Below, piece after piece: positions 41,358-51,039 of a DNA stretch of 64,000 bases (its first letter is position 1; the number at the start of each line of letters is the position of its first letter). The DNA lies in assembly GCA_963668695.2 (NCBI GenBank), contig CAXXLQ010000004.1, forward strand, positions 3,264,001 to 3,328,000, in the 5' to 3' direction. The notes under the pieces were generated by a model that worked only from the letters and a program-made list of their open reading frames with translations, was not told the origin of the DNA and did not search any database. A program made the translations under genes and the position numbers. This DNA comes from Vicinamibacteria bacterium (GTDB lineage: Bacteria; Acidobacteriota; Vicinamibacteria; Marinacidobacterales; Marinacidobacteraceae).

Positions 41358-42344
41358 ATGAAAGCCGCCAAGTGGAAGCTCCAGGAAGTTCCCCCCGCCA
41401 AGTACGCCTTCGGCTACCAGGTTCCCCCGCGCTCGGGGAACGAGATCAACGGCCACGGGGAACGCGCGCGGCGCCGCGCCACCCAGGTGTTCCATAACGC
41501 CGACGGGACCAAGCCGATCGCCTGGCAGGGGCTCGACGACTTCTTCATGTGCGTGAACCCGTGGCAGGTCGTCCGGCACCGGCTCATCAACAAATTCGAG
41601 CTGCGAAAGGAACGGGGACCGGTGGCCCGCCGGGTCGTGGACGAGGGTCCCGACAGGAACGCCGCGTTCGTGAAGGCCGCCGCCACGGAAGCCGGCGCGA
41701 CCCTCGTCGGAATCACCGAAGTGCAGGAGAACGACGTCTTTGAGGGCCACCGGGCGCCGCACCGCTACGCCATCTGCCTGGGTTTCCCGATGCAGCGGGA
41801 GGAGATGGCCTACGCCGCGCGCCCCCGGGGGGCCGCCGAAGTGATGCGGGCATATCGCCAGATCGCCCTCATCGCGATGAGCCTCGGGAAAACGATCCGG
41901 GGCCGGGGTTTCCCCGCCAAGGCCTACGGGGACGCGAACGCCACCGACATCCTGCACATCCCGCTTGCGGTCCGCGCCGGACTCGGCCAGCTCGGCAAAC
42001 ACGGCTCCTTGATCAGTCGCGAACACGGCTCCAACTTCCGGCTCGCCGCGGTGCTCACGGACATGCCGCTCGCGTCGGACGAACCGCGCGACATCGGGGT
42101 GGACGACGTGTGCACGCGCTGCCGCCGCTGCGTGATCGACTGTCCTCCCGACGCGATCCACGAGGAAAAGCAGTGGGTGCGGGGAGAACAGCGCTGGTAC
42201 GTAGACTTCGACAAGTGCGTCCCCTACTTCACGAAGACCTTCGGCTGCGGCATCTGCATCGAGGTCTGCCCCTGGTCGGAACCGGGACGGGGCGAGAAAC
42301 TCAGCGAGCTGATGCTGGCGAAACGGGAGCGGGCGCAGCCCTAG
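41358..42344 (+). CDS. Reductive dehalogenase/QueG-like 2x[4Fe-4S] protein
   Basis: AVRAGLGQLGKHG, RLAAVLTD, CTRCRRCVIDCP, CGICIEVCPW. Confidence 0.8.
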   Translation: MKAAKWKLQEVPPAKYAFGYQVPPRSGNEINGHGERARRRATQVFHNADGTKPIAWQGLDDFFMCVNPWQVVRHRLINKFELRKERGPVARRVVDEGPDRNAAFVKAAATEAGATLVGITEVQENDVFEGHRAPHRYAICLGFPMQREEMAYAARPRGAAEVMRAYRQIALIAMSLGKTIRGRGFPAKAYGDANATDILHIPLAVRAGLGQLGKHGSLISREHGSNFRLAAVLTDMPLASDEPRDIGVDDVCTRCRRCVIDCPPDAIHEEKQWVRGEQRWYVDFDKCVPYFTKTFGCGICIEVCPWSEPGRGEKLSELMLAKRERAQP

Positions 42345-42524
42345 CAGCCGGTGGCGAAACCCAGGTGGCGTTCGAGCGGCGATCCATCCCGGCTGAACCG
42401 CGCCGCTATGCGGCGCTCTGCGTTGCGTTTCGGTCGAAATACACCAGGTATTCCTCCCTCACGCGCCTTGTCAGCCAGGCGCCTCGCCGCTCTCGGCGCT
42501 CGCCCGGGTTCCACCACCGGTTGC
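42344..42524 (-). mobile_element. MITE copy without oligo insertions (181 bp reference form); a partial copy follows to about 42645
   Basis: TA-flanked with both TIRs present; lacks CAGTTCTCCCGGTGGGG. Confidence 0.85.
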
Positions 42525-42701
42525 TAGCAGCCGGTGGCGAAACCCACGCGGCCCGGTTCTCCCGGTGGGGGCTCGGCCGGCAATCCATCCAGGCTGAACC
42601 GCGTCGCTTCGCGGCGCTCGTCGTTTCGTTTCGGTCGATACCTGGGGGCTGTTTTTCCGGACGGTGCGGCCCCATCCATCCACTCCCGAGGAGAAGGAAC
42701 C

Positions 42702-44294
42702 ATGCAGAACATGTGCGCGAATAACCCCGTCGCTGGCCGGAAACTCCGGCGGTCGACTCCTCTGGCGTTAGCCATCACCGCGGTTCTCTCCGCCTGCGGC
42801 CCGCCGCCGGCCGCTGACCTCACCCCCCTCCGCTTCGCCGTTGCGCGTTTCCAGCACGAGACCTGCACCTTCTGCCCCGGCGGCGACACCGAGATCGAGG
42901 ACTGGCTCCGCTACCGCGAGCCCGTTTCGGGCGACGCGCTGCTCGGTGCCGGCAACTACGTCGGCGGCTTTGTCCAGCGGGCCCGCGAGCTCGGCGATGT
43001 GGAACTCGTGCCCCTGACCTCGCCGGTAGGAGTGTTCGGCGGCTCGTCGCGCAGTTGGAACACGAAGGAGACCTTCGACCACTTCCTGGGCGTCATGCTC
43101 GCCGAACTCGAGGAACAACTGCCGGTGGACGGGGTCTATCTCGCACTGCACGGGGCGATGGCCGTGAGGGACGTCCCGCGGCCCGAAGCCGAGATCGCGC
43201 GCCGCTTCCGTGAACTCGTCGGCCCGGACGTTCCCATTGCCGGCACCTTCGACCTGCACGGTAACGAGGACGCCGAATTCCTCGAGCACGCCGACTTCGC
43301 CTTCGTTACCAAGCGTTTTCCCCACTACGACGCCACCATTCAGGGCGAACGCGCGGCCCGCGCCCTGCGGCTCGTCGCGCGGGGCGAATACGAGCCCACG
43401 AGTGCCACCCGAAAGCCCGGGATCATCACCGCCACCGTACTCCAGTGGACCGGCCAGTCCCCCTCGGTGGACATCATGGAGCGGGCGCGGCGCTGGGAGG
43501 CCCGCGAGGACGACGCCTACGTGAGCGTCTTCTACGGCTATCCCTGGTCGGATGTCCCCGACGTGGGCGCCACCATCCACGTCATGACCAACGGCGACCA
43601 GGAACTCGCGGACCGGATCGCCGATGACATGGACGACTTCATGTGGCGGGTCCGCGAGGACTTCGCGCTCGGCAGTTACCCCGTACCCGAGGAGGCCGCG
43701 CGGATCGTCGCGGCAGCCATCGCCCGCGGCGAGACGCCCGTCGCGGTCGGCGACCACAGCGACCGCCCCGGCGACGCGACGCACATTCTGAACGCCTTCG
43801 AAGCGGCGGGCATCGGCAAGACCCTCTACGGCACGATCAGTTCGCCCGCCACTCTGGAGCGCCTCGCGGCGGCGGACGCCCAGCCCGGCGACCCCTTCGA
43901 CCAGGAAATCGGCGGCTTCACCCCCTCCGGCGGGTCGCCCCGGCGCATCACCGGCACGCTCGAGTACTTCGGAGAAGGCTTCGGTTACGACGCCATCGCC
44001 GCCGCCTCCTTCGGCGACGGCAACCTCGTCGTCCTCGTTCCCGCCTATGAGCAGGTGCTCTACCCGGAGGCGTTCCGCATCGGGACGATCAACCCCGATG
44101 ACTACGAGGTCTTCGTGGTCAAGTCACGGGTGCACTTCCGGCGCGGCTTCGACGAAACCGGCTACGCGCGCACCATCCTGGTCGTGGAAGCACCCGAGCC
44201 CTTCGTGGGGACGACCTTCCTCGACGCGCTCCCGTACGAGAATGTGGATCTCGGTGAGCTGTACCCCTACGGGGTGCCGGAGAAGCGGCGCTGA
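42702..44294 (+). CDS. M81 / MlrC-family metallopeptidase
   Basis: HETCTF, LALHGAM, DLHGN, PHYD, VVKSRVHFR. Confidence 0.88.
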   Translation: MQNMCANNPVAGRKLRRSTPLALAITAVLSACGPPPAADLTPLRFAVARFQHETCTFCPGGDTEIEDWLRYREPVSGDALLGAGNYVGGFVQRARELGDVELVPLTSPVGVFGGSSRSWNTKETFDHFLGVMLAELEEQLPVDGVYLALHGAMAVRDVPRPEAEIARRFRELVGPDVPIAGTFDLHGNEDAEFLEHADFAFVTKRFPHYDATIQGERAARALRLVARGEYEPTSATRKPGIITATVLQWTGQSPSVDIMERARRWEAREDDAYVSVFYGYPWSDVPDVGATIHVMTNGDQELADRIADDMDDFMWRVREDFALGSYPVPEEAARIVAAAIARGETPVAVGDHSDRPGDATHILNAFEAAGIGKTLYGTISSPATLERLAAADAQPGDPFDQEIGGFTPSGGSPRRITGTLEYFGEGFGYDAIAAASFGDGNLVVLVPAYEQVLYPEAFRIGTINPDDYEVFVVKSRVHFRRGFDETGYARTILVVEAPEPFVGTTFLDALPYENVDLGELYPYGVPEKRR

Positions 44295-44362
44295 GCTGGA
44301 GGTGGAAACAGGGGCGAAGACTCACCGCGCCGATTGTGGGGAGATCCGGTTGCCCACTGCCC

Positions 44363-44545
44363 GCGGTGGGACCCGGGTGAGCGCCGAGGCCGGCCGGTTC
44401 GCCCGGTAGGGTAAGGCGCCCGGCTGACAAGGCGCGTGAGGGAGGAGCCCCCACCGGGAGAACTGGCCCGGGTGTATTCCGACCGAAACGCAGCGATGAG
44501 CGGCGCGAGACGGAGTGGTTCAGCCGTGATGGATCGCCGGCCGGA
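44363..44545 (+). mobile_element. MITE copy with degraded ends
   Basis: Shared internal core; TIRs lost. Confidence 0.65.
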
Positions 44546-44571
44546 CACCGCGTGCCACCCTGGCCCGCGCG

Positions 44572-45306
44572 TCAGTCCGATCCTCGGTTGCTCGGCACCC
44601 CGAGCGCCGGCTTCGGTTTGCCGCTCCAGGGACTCGGGACGGTTGCGGTTGGAGCCGGTGCGGCCGCCACGTCCGGGTTCCAGTCCAGCATGAAATCGGC
44701 GTGTGCCCTGAGTTCTCGGCGGATCCCCTCGAACCCGAGCGTGCAAAGCCCGACCCGCAGACCCTCACGCCGAGCAAATCGCATCGCAGGGACCATGTCG
44801 GCATCACCGGTCACGAGCACAACGGTGTCGACCAAACGCTTTAGGGCCAACGCGGCGATATCAAGACCGATTCGCATGTCCACACCTTTTTGCACCAAGT
44901 CCGGCACAAAGTCCGATGCGGAGAGCATCCTGCGTGGCTCTCTTCTCAGGGAACGTCCGGCGCTCTCTCCCACGCGCCAGCCCCGAAAAGCCAGTTCCCC
45001 ACGCCGAACGGCGAAATCCTCCGCTTCCTCAAGCCCCTCAACCAGGCGCGCACCGTAACGAGCCGTCTTGGTGTCGGCGAACCGGATCTCCTTGGCGTCG
45101 AGAGGCCGGATTTCTGAGCCACGGTAGGGATCCGCGTTGTAGAAGAAGATGCGGTACAGGTCCGCACCAGAGAGGGAATCCAGCAGGAACGCCGCCAAGC
45201 TCTGTACATCGCCCACCGCGGGGAAACGGCGGTTCTCTTTCTCGAAGCGCTTGATCACGTATCCACCATCCATCAGGAGCGCCGTCCTTCCACAAGACCG
45301 GTTCAC
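44572..45306 (-). CDS. NYN (LabA/DUF88) domain protein
   Basis: MDGGY, QKGVDMRIGLD, VTGDADMVPAMRFARREG, HADF. Confidence 0.9.
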   Translation of the reverse strand: MNRSCGRTALLMDGGYVIKRFEKENRRFPAVGDVQSLAAFLLDSLSGADLYRIFFYNADPYRGSEIRPLDAKEIRFADTKTARYGARLVEGLEEAEDFAVRRGELAFRGWRVGESAGRSLRREPRRMLSASDFVPDLVQKGVDMRIGLDIAALALKRLVDTVVLVTGDADMVPAMRFARREGLRVGLCTLGFEGIRRELRAHADFMLDWNPDVAAAPAPTATVPSPWSGKPKPALGVPSNRGSD

Positions 45307-45563
45307 AACCGCACACCCTCACTCATGTTGACGCCTGACCACGTGTGAGTCACAACCGCAGTCATGACCCAGCTTCCATCAGCGACGCAGCCAGGCGCCG
45401 TTTTTGTCGCTTACCGGAAGCCTAACAACCCGGCGTGCATCCGGCCATCGTGAGGCAGAGCATCGGTGGACGCGCGCCTTTGCCGCACTGCCAAAGGGTG
45501 ACCTCCTCATGCGCTACCCAGGCCCACGTCAACCTCTGGATACCGCCTGCGAACGGCGCGCTT

Positions 45564-46232
45564 CTAAGGAAGCACCACGGGCCCCAGGAAGCCGGCCCAG
45601 AGGACCACACCCATCCCCATTCCGAGCACCACGGCCGTTACCGCGACCCACCGGTTCTCCCGAGGGAAGTACTTCCAGAGGAAGATGCCGGCTCCCACCA
45701 GCGAAACGACTCCGGGCAGCGCCCAAACGGCCAGGGGAATCCCGGTGATCCGCTCCAACCAGCATTCGTCACATCCGGCTTCGATCCTGGCTCCGAAAAT
45801 CGGAAACACGAGAACACCCAGAGCGGCGGTAATACGAAAGTTGGACAAGTACCCCATGGCCACCAACACCGGGTGCGCCTTCCACTTCGCGCACAAAAAG
45901 CAACAGGCCAAGACGACCACGTAGGTAGCCACCAGCCCCATCGCGAACATCGTCGTCACCCCCCACACGGGAGCGACCTCCGCGGCGGCGGCGAAGTCCC
46001 CCTCCAAGACTGCGCGACCGAAATCGTCGCTTCCGCTGAAGCTCGCCGAGCCGTAGCGCAGGACGGCGCCCGGGAAGCCCAGTCCCCAAAAGACCAGGAA
46101 ATGACCGAGTTCGTGCAGGAGCACCGTGGGCGGTGCGGAAACGACTCCCCAGAACCACCAGCGCAAGGCGACCCGTTTCCGCGAAGCGCGTGCGGGTTGG
46201 GCGCTGTCGGAGATCGAACCGTCGACTGTCAT
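45564..46232 (-). CDS. Membrane protein with HExxH motif
   Basis: LLHELGH within a multi-TM protein. Confidence 0.65.
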   Translation of the reverse strand: MTVDGSISDSAQPARASRKRVALRWWFWGVVSAPPTVLLHELGHFLVFWGLGFPGAVLRYGSASFSGSDDFGRAVLEGDFAAAAEVAPVWGVTTMFAMGLVATYVVVLACCFLCAKWKAHPVLVAMGYLSNFRITAALGVLVFPIFGARIEAGCDECWLERITGIPLAVWALPGVVSLVGAGIFLWKYFPRENRWVAVTAVVLGMGMGVVLWAGFLGPVVLP

Positions 46233-46287
46233 GGAGTACCTCGCTCGAACCGGAGATCGAGCAAGCCGCTACGGCCTGGCCCCGCCC

Positions 46288-46392
46288 CGCCTGACCGCCC
46301 GCCTGACCGCCCGCCTGACCGCCCGTCTGATCGCCCGCCTGATCGCCCGTCTGATCGCCCGTCTGATCGCCCGTCTGATCGCCCGTCTGACC
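46288..46392. repeat. 12-bp tandem repeat, about 8-9 units
   Basis: CG(C/T)CTGA(C/T)CGCC units. Confidence 0.9.
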
Positions 46393-46434
46393 GGCTGTAG
46401 CGCCGCGGGAATTCCCGCATCCGGTCGTTCAAGC

Positions 46435-47422
46435 CTACGGAAGGAGCAAGGGGCCCAGGAAGCTGGCGTAGAAAGCCAACCCCATCGCGATGCCGAGGCA
46501 CATCGCCCCCACGGCGACCCGGCGATGGTCGCGCGGGAAGTACCTCCACAGCCAGATGGCGGCTCCCACCAGGGAAATGACGCCCGGTAGTGCGAGAACG
46601 GCCAGGGGGATCCCCGTAATCCTCTCCAGCCAGCATTCGTCACAGACGGCATTCACCCGGGCCCCGCCGAGGGTAAGCACGACAGCGATCAGGGCAGCGA
46701 AGATACGAAGGTTGGACAGATAACCCATGGCCACGAGCAACGGGTGTGCTTTCCACTTCGCACATAGATAGCAACAGGCGAAAACGACGGCATACGTCGC
46801 GACCAGTCCCATGGAGAGAGCCGTCGCCACCCCCCACACCGGAGCGATCTCCGCCGCCGCCGCCAGGTCGCCCTTCATCACCGCGTTGAAGAAACCGCCG
46901 CTCCCGCTAACAGCCGGTGGTGGAACCCGGGTGAGCGCCGAGAGCGGCCAGTTCTCCCGGTGGGGGGGCGGTTCAGCCGGGATGCATCGCCGCTCGAACG
47001 CCGCCGGGGTTTCACGACAGGCTGTTAACAGCCTGTGGTGGAACCCGGGTGAGCGCCGAGAGCGGCGAGGCCCAGTTCTCCCGGTGGGGGTCCGGCTGAC
47101 AAGGCGCGTGAGGGAGGAATACCTGGTGTATTTCGACCGAAACGCAACGATGAGCGGCGCGAAGCGACGCGGTTCAGCCGGGATGCATCGCCGCTCGAAC
47201 GCCGCCTGGGTTTCACCACAGGCTGTTAAAGCCCGCCGAGCCGTAGTGGAGCGCCGCGCCAGGAAGACCCAGAGACCAGAAGACCAGGAAATGACCCAAC
47301 TCGTGCAAGAGCGCCGCGGGCGGCGTGGACAGGACGCCCCAAAACCACCAGCGCAGCGCAACCTGCTTCCATGATGCGGCTCCGAGCGGGGAGCTTTCGA
47401 CGATCGTGCTGTCGGTGGCCAT
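46435..47422 (-). pseudogene. Paralog of 45564-46232 interrupted by two tandem MITEs
   Basis: Removing the insert and one TA restores YGSAGFSGSGGF, matching YGSASFSGSDDF in the paralog. Confidence 0.85.
46910..47226 (+). mobile_element. Two tandem MITEs (46910-47025 internally deleted; 47028-47226)
   Basis: TA-MITE-TA-MITE-TA arrangement. Confidence 0.9.
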
Positions 47423-47455
47423 GGAACTCCCTCCCCCGGGAATCCCGGCGGCGGC

Positions 47456-48688
47456 CTACTCCGGCTCCCTCAGCCGGTTGTACTTCCGGAGGATCTCACG
47501 GAGCCGGTCGTGCGGTAACCCGTAGATTTTTCGGCCGTTCACCCCGACGATGTCGCGTCCCGCAACCAACGCATTGATGATGGCCTCTTCGGTGGCCTGC
47601 ACCACCCCCTCGAAGAGGGGATTGATGTTGTTGTTGGCGAGGTTCTCGAGCGGAGCGATGCCACTCTCGTTGTGCGCGGCCTCCTGGTTCGCGGTGGAGA
47701 AGGCGACGAAGATGTCTCCGGAGCCGTTCGAAGAAATGCTGCCGACCCGGCCGAGGGCGAGCGAGGTCCGGCGGATGAAGCGGTTGAGCTGGTGCGGCAG
47801 CAGCGGCGCGTCGGTCGCCGCGACGATGATGATCGAGCCATCGCGGCCCTCGGCGTCGTCCCCGGCCGCTTCGTCGTCATCACGGGGGGCGTCGAACGGC
47901 CCGCGCTCCGGCGTCAGATCCGGGATCTCCCGTCCCACCGGCACCCCGGCGATGGTCATGAGGTTCCGGCTGCCGAAATTGGACTGCACGAGCACACCGA
48001 CCACGTACTCGTTCCCTCCCGCCTCAACGATCCGGGAAGCGGTGCCGATCCCGGCCTTGAAGCCGAACGTGCGCATCCCGGTCCCGCCTCCCACCGAGCC
48101 TTCCGCGACCGGGCCGCCCCGCGCCGAGTCGAGCGCGGCGAAGACGTGCTCCTGCCGGACGTGAAAGCCGTTGATGTCGTTCAGGAAACCGTCCCAGGTC
48201 TCGGCAACCACCGGCAGGCTCCAGTCCGGCGCGTCGAGGTTCTGCTGCGCCCAGGCGATGGTGGCCTCATGCACGGCGCCCACGCTGTGCGTGTTCGTGA
48301 TCATCACCGCGCCCTCGAGAATGCCCCGGTCGCGCATCCAGGTGGTGCCCGTCATTTCGCCGTTTCCGTTCAAGGTGAACCAGGCGGCGAAGACCCGCCC
48401 GCGGCTCGCGCGGCCGCGCGGCAGCACCGCCGTCACGCCGGTGCGAACCGGGCCCTCGCCCACCACGAGTTCCCCTTCCCCGCGGATGATCGTGTGGTGT
48501 CCCACCTCGATCCCGGCCACGTCGGTGATGGCGTTCAGCGGACCCGGCGTGCCCTCGAACGGCACTCCGAGATCGCGGGCCCGGGGCGAATCCTGGCCGG
48601 ACGCGGCAGCCGCCCACCCCAGCAGCCCTACGGCAACGGCGGCAAGAGCGGCGATGAGTCGCTGCGAAGCGTTTCTGCGGGTGTTCAT
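47456..48688 (-). CDS. DmpA/P1 (S58) family aminopeptidase
   Basis: NAITDV, RTGVT, NGNGEMTG, PVVAETWDG, EGSVGGGTGM, GSIII. Confidence 0.9.
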   Translation of the reverse strand: MNTRRNASQRLIAALAAVAVGLLGWAAAASGQDSPRARDLGVPFEGTPGPLNAITDVAGIEVGHHTIIRGEGELVVGEGPVRTGVTAVLPRGRASRGRVFAAWFTLNGNGEMTGTTWMRDRGILEGAVMITNTHSVGAVHEATIAWAQQNLDAPDWSLPVVAETWDGFLNDINGFHVRQEHVFAALDSARGGPVAEGSVGGGTGMRTFGFKAGIGTASRIVEAGGNEYVVGVLVQSNFGSRNLMTIAGVPVGREIPDLTPERGPFDAPRDDDEAAGDDAEGRDGSIIIVAATDAPLLPHQLNRFIRRTSLALGRVGSISSNGSGDIFVAFSTANQEAAHNESGIAPLENLANNNINPLFEGVVQATEEAIINALVAGRDIVGVNGRKIYGLPHDRLREILRKYNRLREPE

Positions 48689-49797
48689 GAGGACGTCTCC
48701 TTCGACTCGGGAAGCTTGTCAAACAACGAACGGGGTGCGCCCGGCGCCCGCGGCGGACGGAAGAGATCCATTCGGAACGGCGGATGTTGCCGGTCGTACC
48801 CGAGCCGCCGGGAAGCCACCCGGAACCGGTTGGCCAGCAACTCCGCATAGGGTCCCTGTCCCCGCATCCGCTCGCCGAACTTCGCCTCGTAGAGCTCTCC
48901 GCCACGCGTATCCCGGATCAGGCTTTCGACGTGGGCCGCGCGGGTCGGAACGTGCGTCTCCAGCCACTCCGAGAAGAGCTCCTTGAGTGAGTGCGGCAGC
49001 CGGACCAGGATGAACCCGGCCGAACTCGCACCCGCCTCCGCCGCGGCCTCCAGGATGGCCTCGAGTTCGGAGTCGTTGAGCGCCGGAATCATCGGCGACG
49101 CGAGCACCCCCACCGGGACCCCCGCCTCCCGGAGCGCGGCGATGGTGCCCAGCCGCCGCGCGGGAGCCGCCGCGCGGGGTTCCATGGCCCTCGCGAGGTC
49201 GCGCCGGAGAGTGGTCACCGAGACCATCACCCGCGCGAGCCCGTCGCCGGCCATCTCGGCGATGATGTCGAGGTCCCGCAGGATCAGCGCCGACTTCGTG
49301 ACGATGCCGGTGGGGTGGCGCGCCTCGCGGAGCACCTCGAGGATCTGCCGGGTGATGCGGAGGTCACGCTCGACCGGCTGATATGGATCGGTGTTCGAGC
49401 CGAGCGCCAGCGGACCGACCCGGTAGCCGGGCTTCCTGAGTTCGCGGCGCAGCAGGTTGGCGGCCTCCGGCTTGGCCACGATCTTGGTTTCGAAGTCGAG
49501 GCCGGACGAGAACCCCAGGTACTCGTGGCTCGGCCGCGCGAAGCAGTAGATGCAGCCGTGCTCGCAGCCCCGATAGGGGTTGATGGACCGGTCGAACGGG
49601 ATGTCCGGCGAGTCGTTCCGGGCGATGATCGTCTTCGTCCGGTCGATGATGACTTCCGTCGGAACGCGCTCGGGCGGGGGATCGCGCGAATCCCACCCGT
49701 CGTCGAACGCCTCCTCGCGAAACCGCTCGAAGCGCCCGGCGGGGTTGGACAGCGCCCCCCGGCCCCGGAGGGGCTTCCCCCGGCCTCCGGGATCCAC
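48685..49797 (-). CDS. PA0069/Rv2578c-family radical SAM protein
   Basis: SINPYRGCEHGCIYCFARP, NTDPYQP. Confidence 0.9.
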   Translation of the reverse strand: MDPGGRGKPLRGRGALSNPAGRFERFREEAFDDGWDSRDPPPERVPTEVIIDRTKTIIARNDSPDIPFDRSINPYRGCEHGCIYCFARPSHEYLGFSSGLDFETKIVAKPEAANLLRRELRKPGYRVGPLALGSNTDPYQPVERDLRITRQILEVLREARHPTGIVTKSALILRDLDIIAEMAGDGLARVMVSVTTLRRDLARAMEPRAAAPARRLGTIAALREAGVPVGVLASPMIPALNDSELEAILEAAAEAGASSAGFILVRLPHSLKELFSEWLETHVPTRAAHVESLIRDTRGGELYEAKFGERMRGQGPYAELLANRFRVASRRLGYDRQHPPFRMDLFRPPRAPGAPRSLFDKLPESKETSS

Positions 49798-49809
49798 GGC
49801 CTTGCCTTA

Positions 49810-50098
49810 GCAGCCTGTGGACAAAGTGACGCGGCGTTCCCGAGCCAGAAGGGATGGGGGTCGGGTGACCCCGCCCCCCGTCCCTTCCGCTCCGGGGTCT
49901 CCGCGGTGCTGGCGCCCCGCTCCGGAAGCGACCGGCGATGCATCCCCGCTGAGCCGCGCCGCTTCGCGGCGCTCATCGTTGCGCTTCGGTCGAAATACAC
50001 TCGGGCCAGTTCTCCCGGTGGGGGCTCCTCCCTCGCGCGCCTTGTCAGCCGGGCGCCTCACCGGTCTCGGCGCTCTCGTCACCTTGTCCACAGGCTGC
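49810..50098 (-). mobile_element. MITE copy (variant ends) with an extra ~95-bp insert
   Basis: GCAGCCTGTGGACAA...TTGTCCACAGGCTGC termini. Confidence 0.8.
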
Positions 50099-50108
50099 CG
50101 AACCGGAG

Positions 50109-51039
50109 CTAGCCCGGCAGGAGGGCGTCGAGCAGCCCTGCGAGGGCGGCCTCGATCTCCCCGGCGTCACCTGAGGTACGGACCAACTGCCCGCCGCTGA
50201 TTTCGGCCAGGTGGGTCAGCACCCAGAAGGGATCCACATTCCGGAGACCGCGCAGGTCGCGTCCGGAATCCTGCAGATTGCGGCCCTCGAACACGATCTG
50301 GTTCGCCAGATCGTCGGCGCCGATGCTCCCGTAGGTCCCGCCGACCCTGCCCGATCTGCTCATCGTCGGGGGGGCGGTTACCGCGAGTACGATGGGAGGC
50401 ACCGCTCCCGCGGCGAAGAGCGGCCACGCATCGCGGGCCCAACTGGCTCCGTCCACTCCGTCCGTGAAAACAACCACAACCGGACGCCCCGGGGAATCCG
50501 CGACGAGCCCGAACGCAAGGGTGAGCGCGTTGTTGAGCGCCGCCGGACCGCCGCTGCGGAGCTCCTCGGCCGCAGCCGCCGCATCGGCACAGGTCCCGTC
50601 CCAGCCGGCGTGAAGCTCCACCGAGCGGGTGAACCCGAGGAGCGCGCAGCGATCCTCCGCGTCGAGCGAAGCGAAGAGGGCGCGGAGCCCGGCGACGGCG
50701 GCCTGCAGCCGCGCTCCGGAAACGCTGGAACTCAGGTCGAACACGACGACCAGCGACAGGGGTTCCTCCCCGGTCCACACCGGCCGGGGCAGGTCGTCTC
50801 CCCGGCGCCGCAGCAGTTCCAGACCCGCGCCTCCGACCCCGGGAGCCGCCCCCGCGCGAGGATGGGCCTGGGCCGCAACCGCGGCGACCGACTTCGCAAC
50901 TGGCGCCGCAACTGGCGCCGCAACTGGCGCCGCAACTGGGCTCCGCGTGTTTTCCCCGGTGGCGGAGTCGGCAACTCCGCCTGCAAGGAAGGAGACCCGT
51001 GAGCAGGATCGTCAGCGCAACGCCCGGGAACGCTCTCAT
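50109..51039 (-). CDS. VWA domain protein, frameshifted near 50995
   Basis: FDLSSSV and FTDGVD; the signal peptide from ATG 51039 is in a different frame. Confidence 0.65.
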
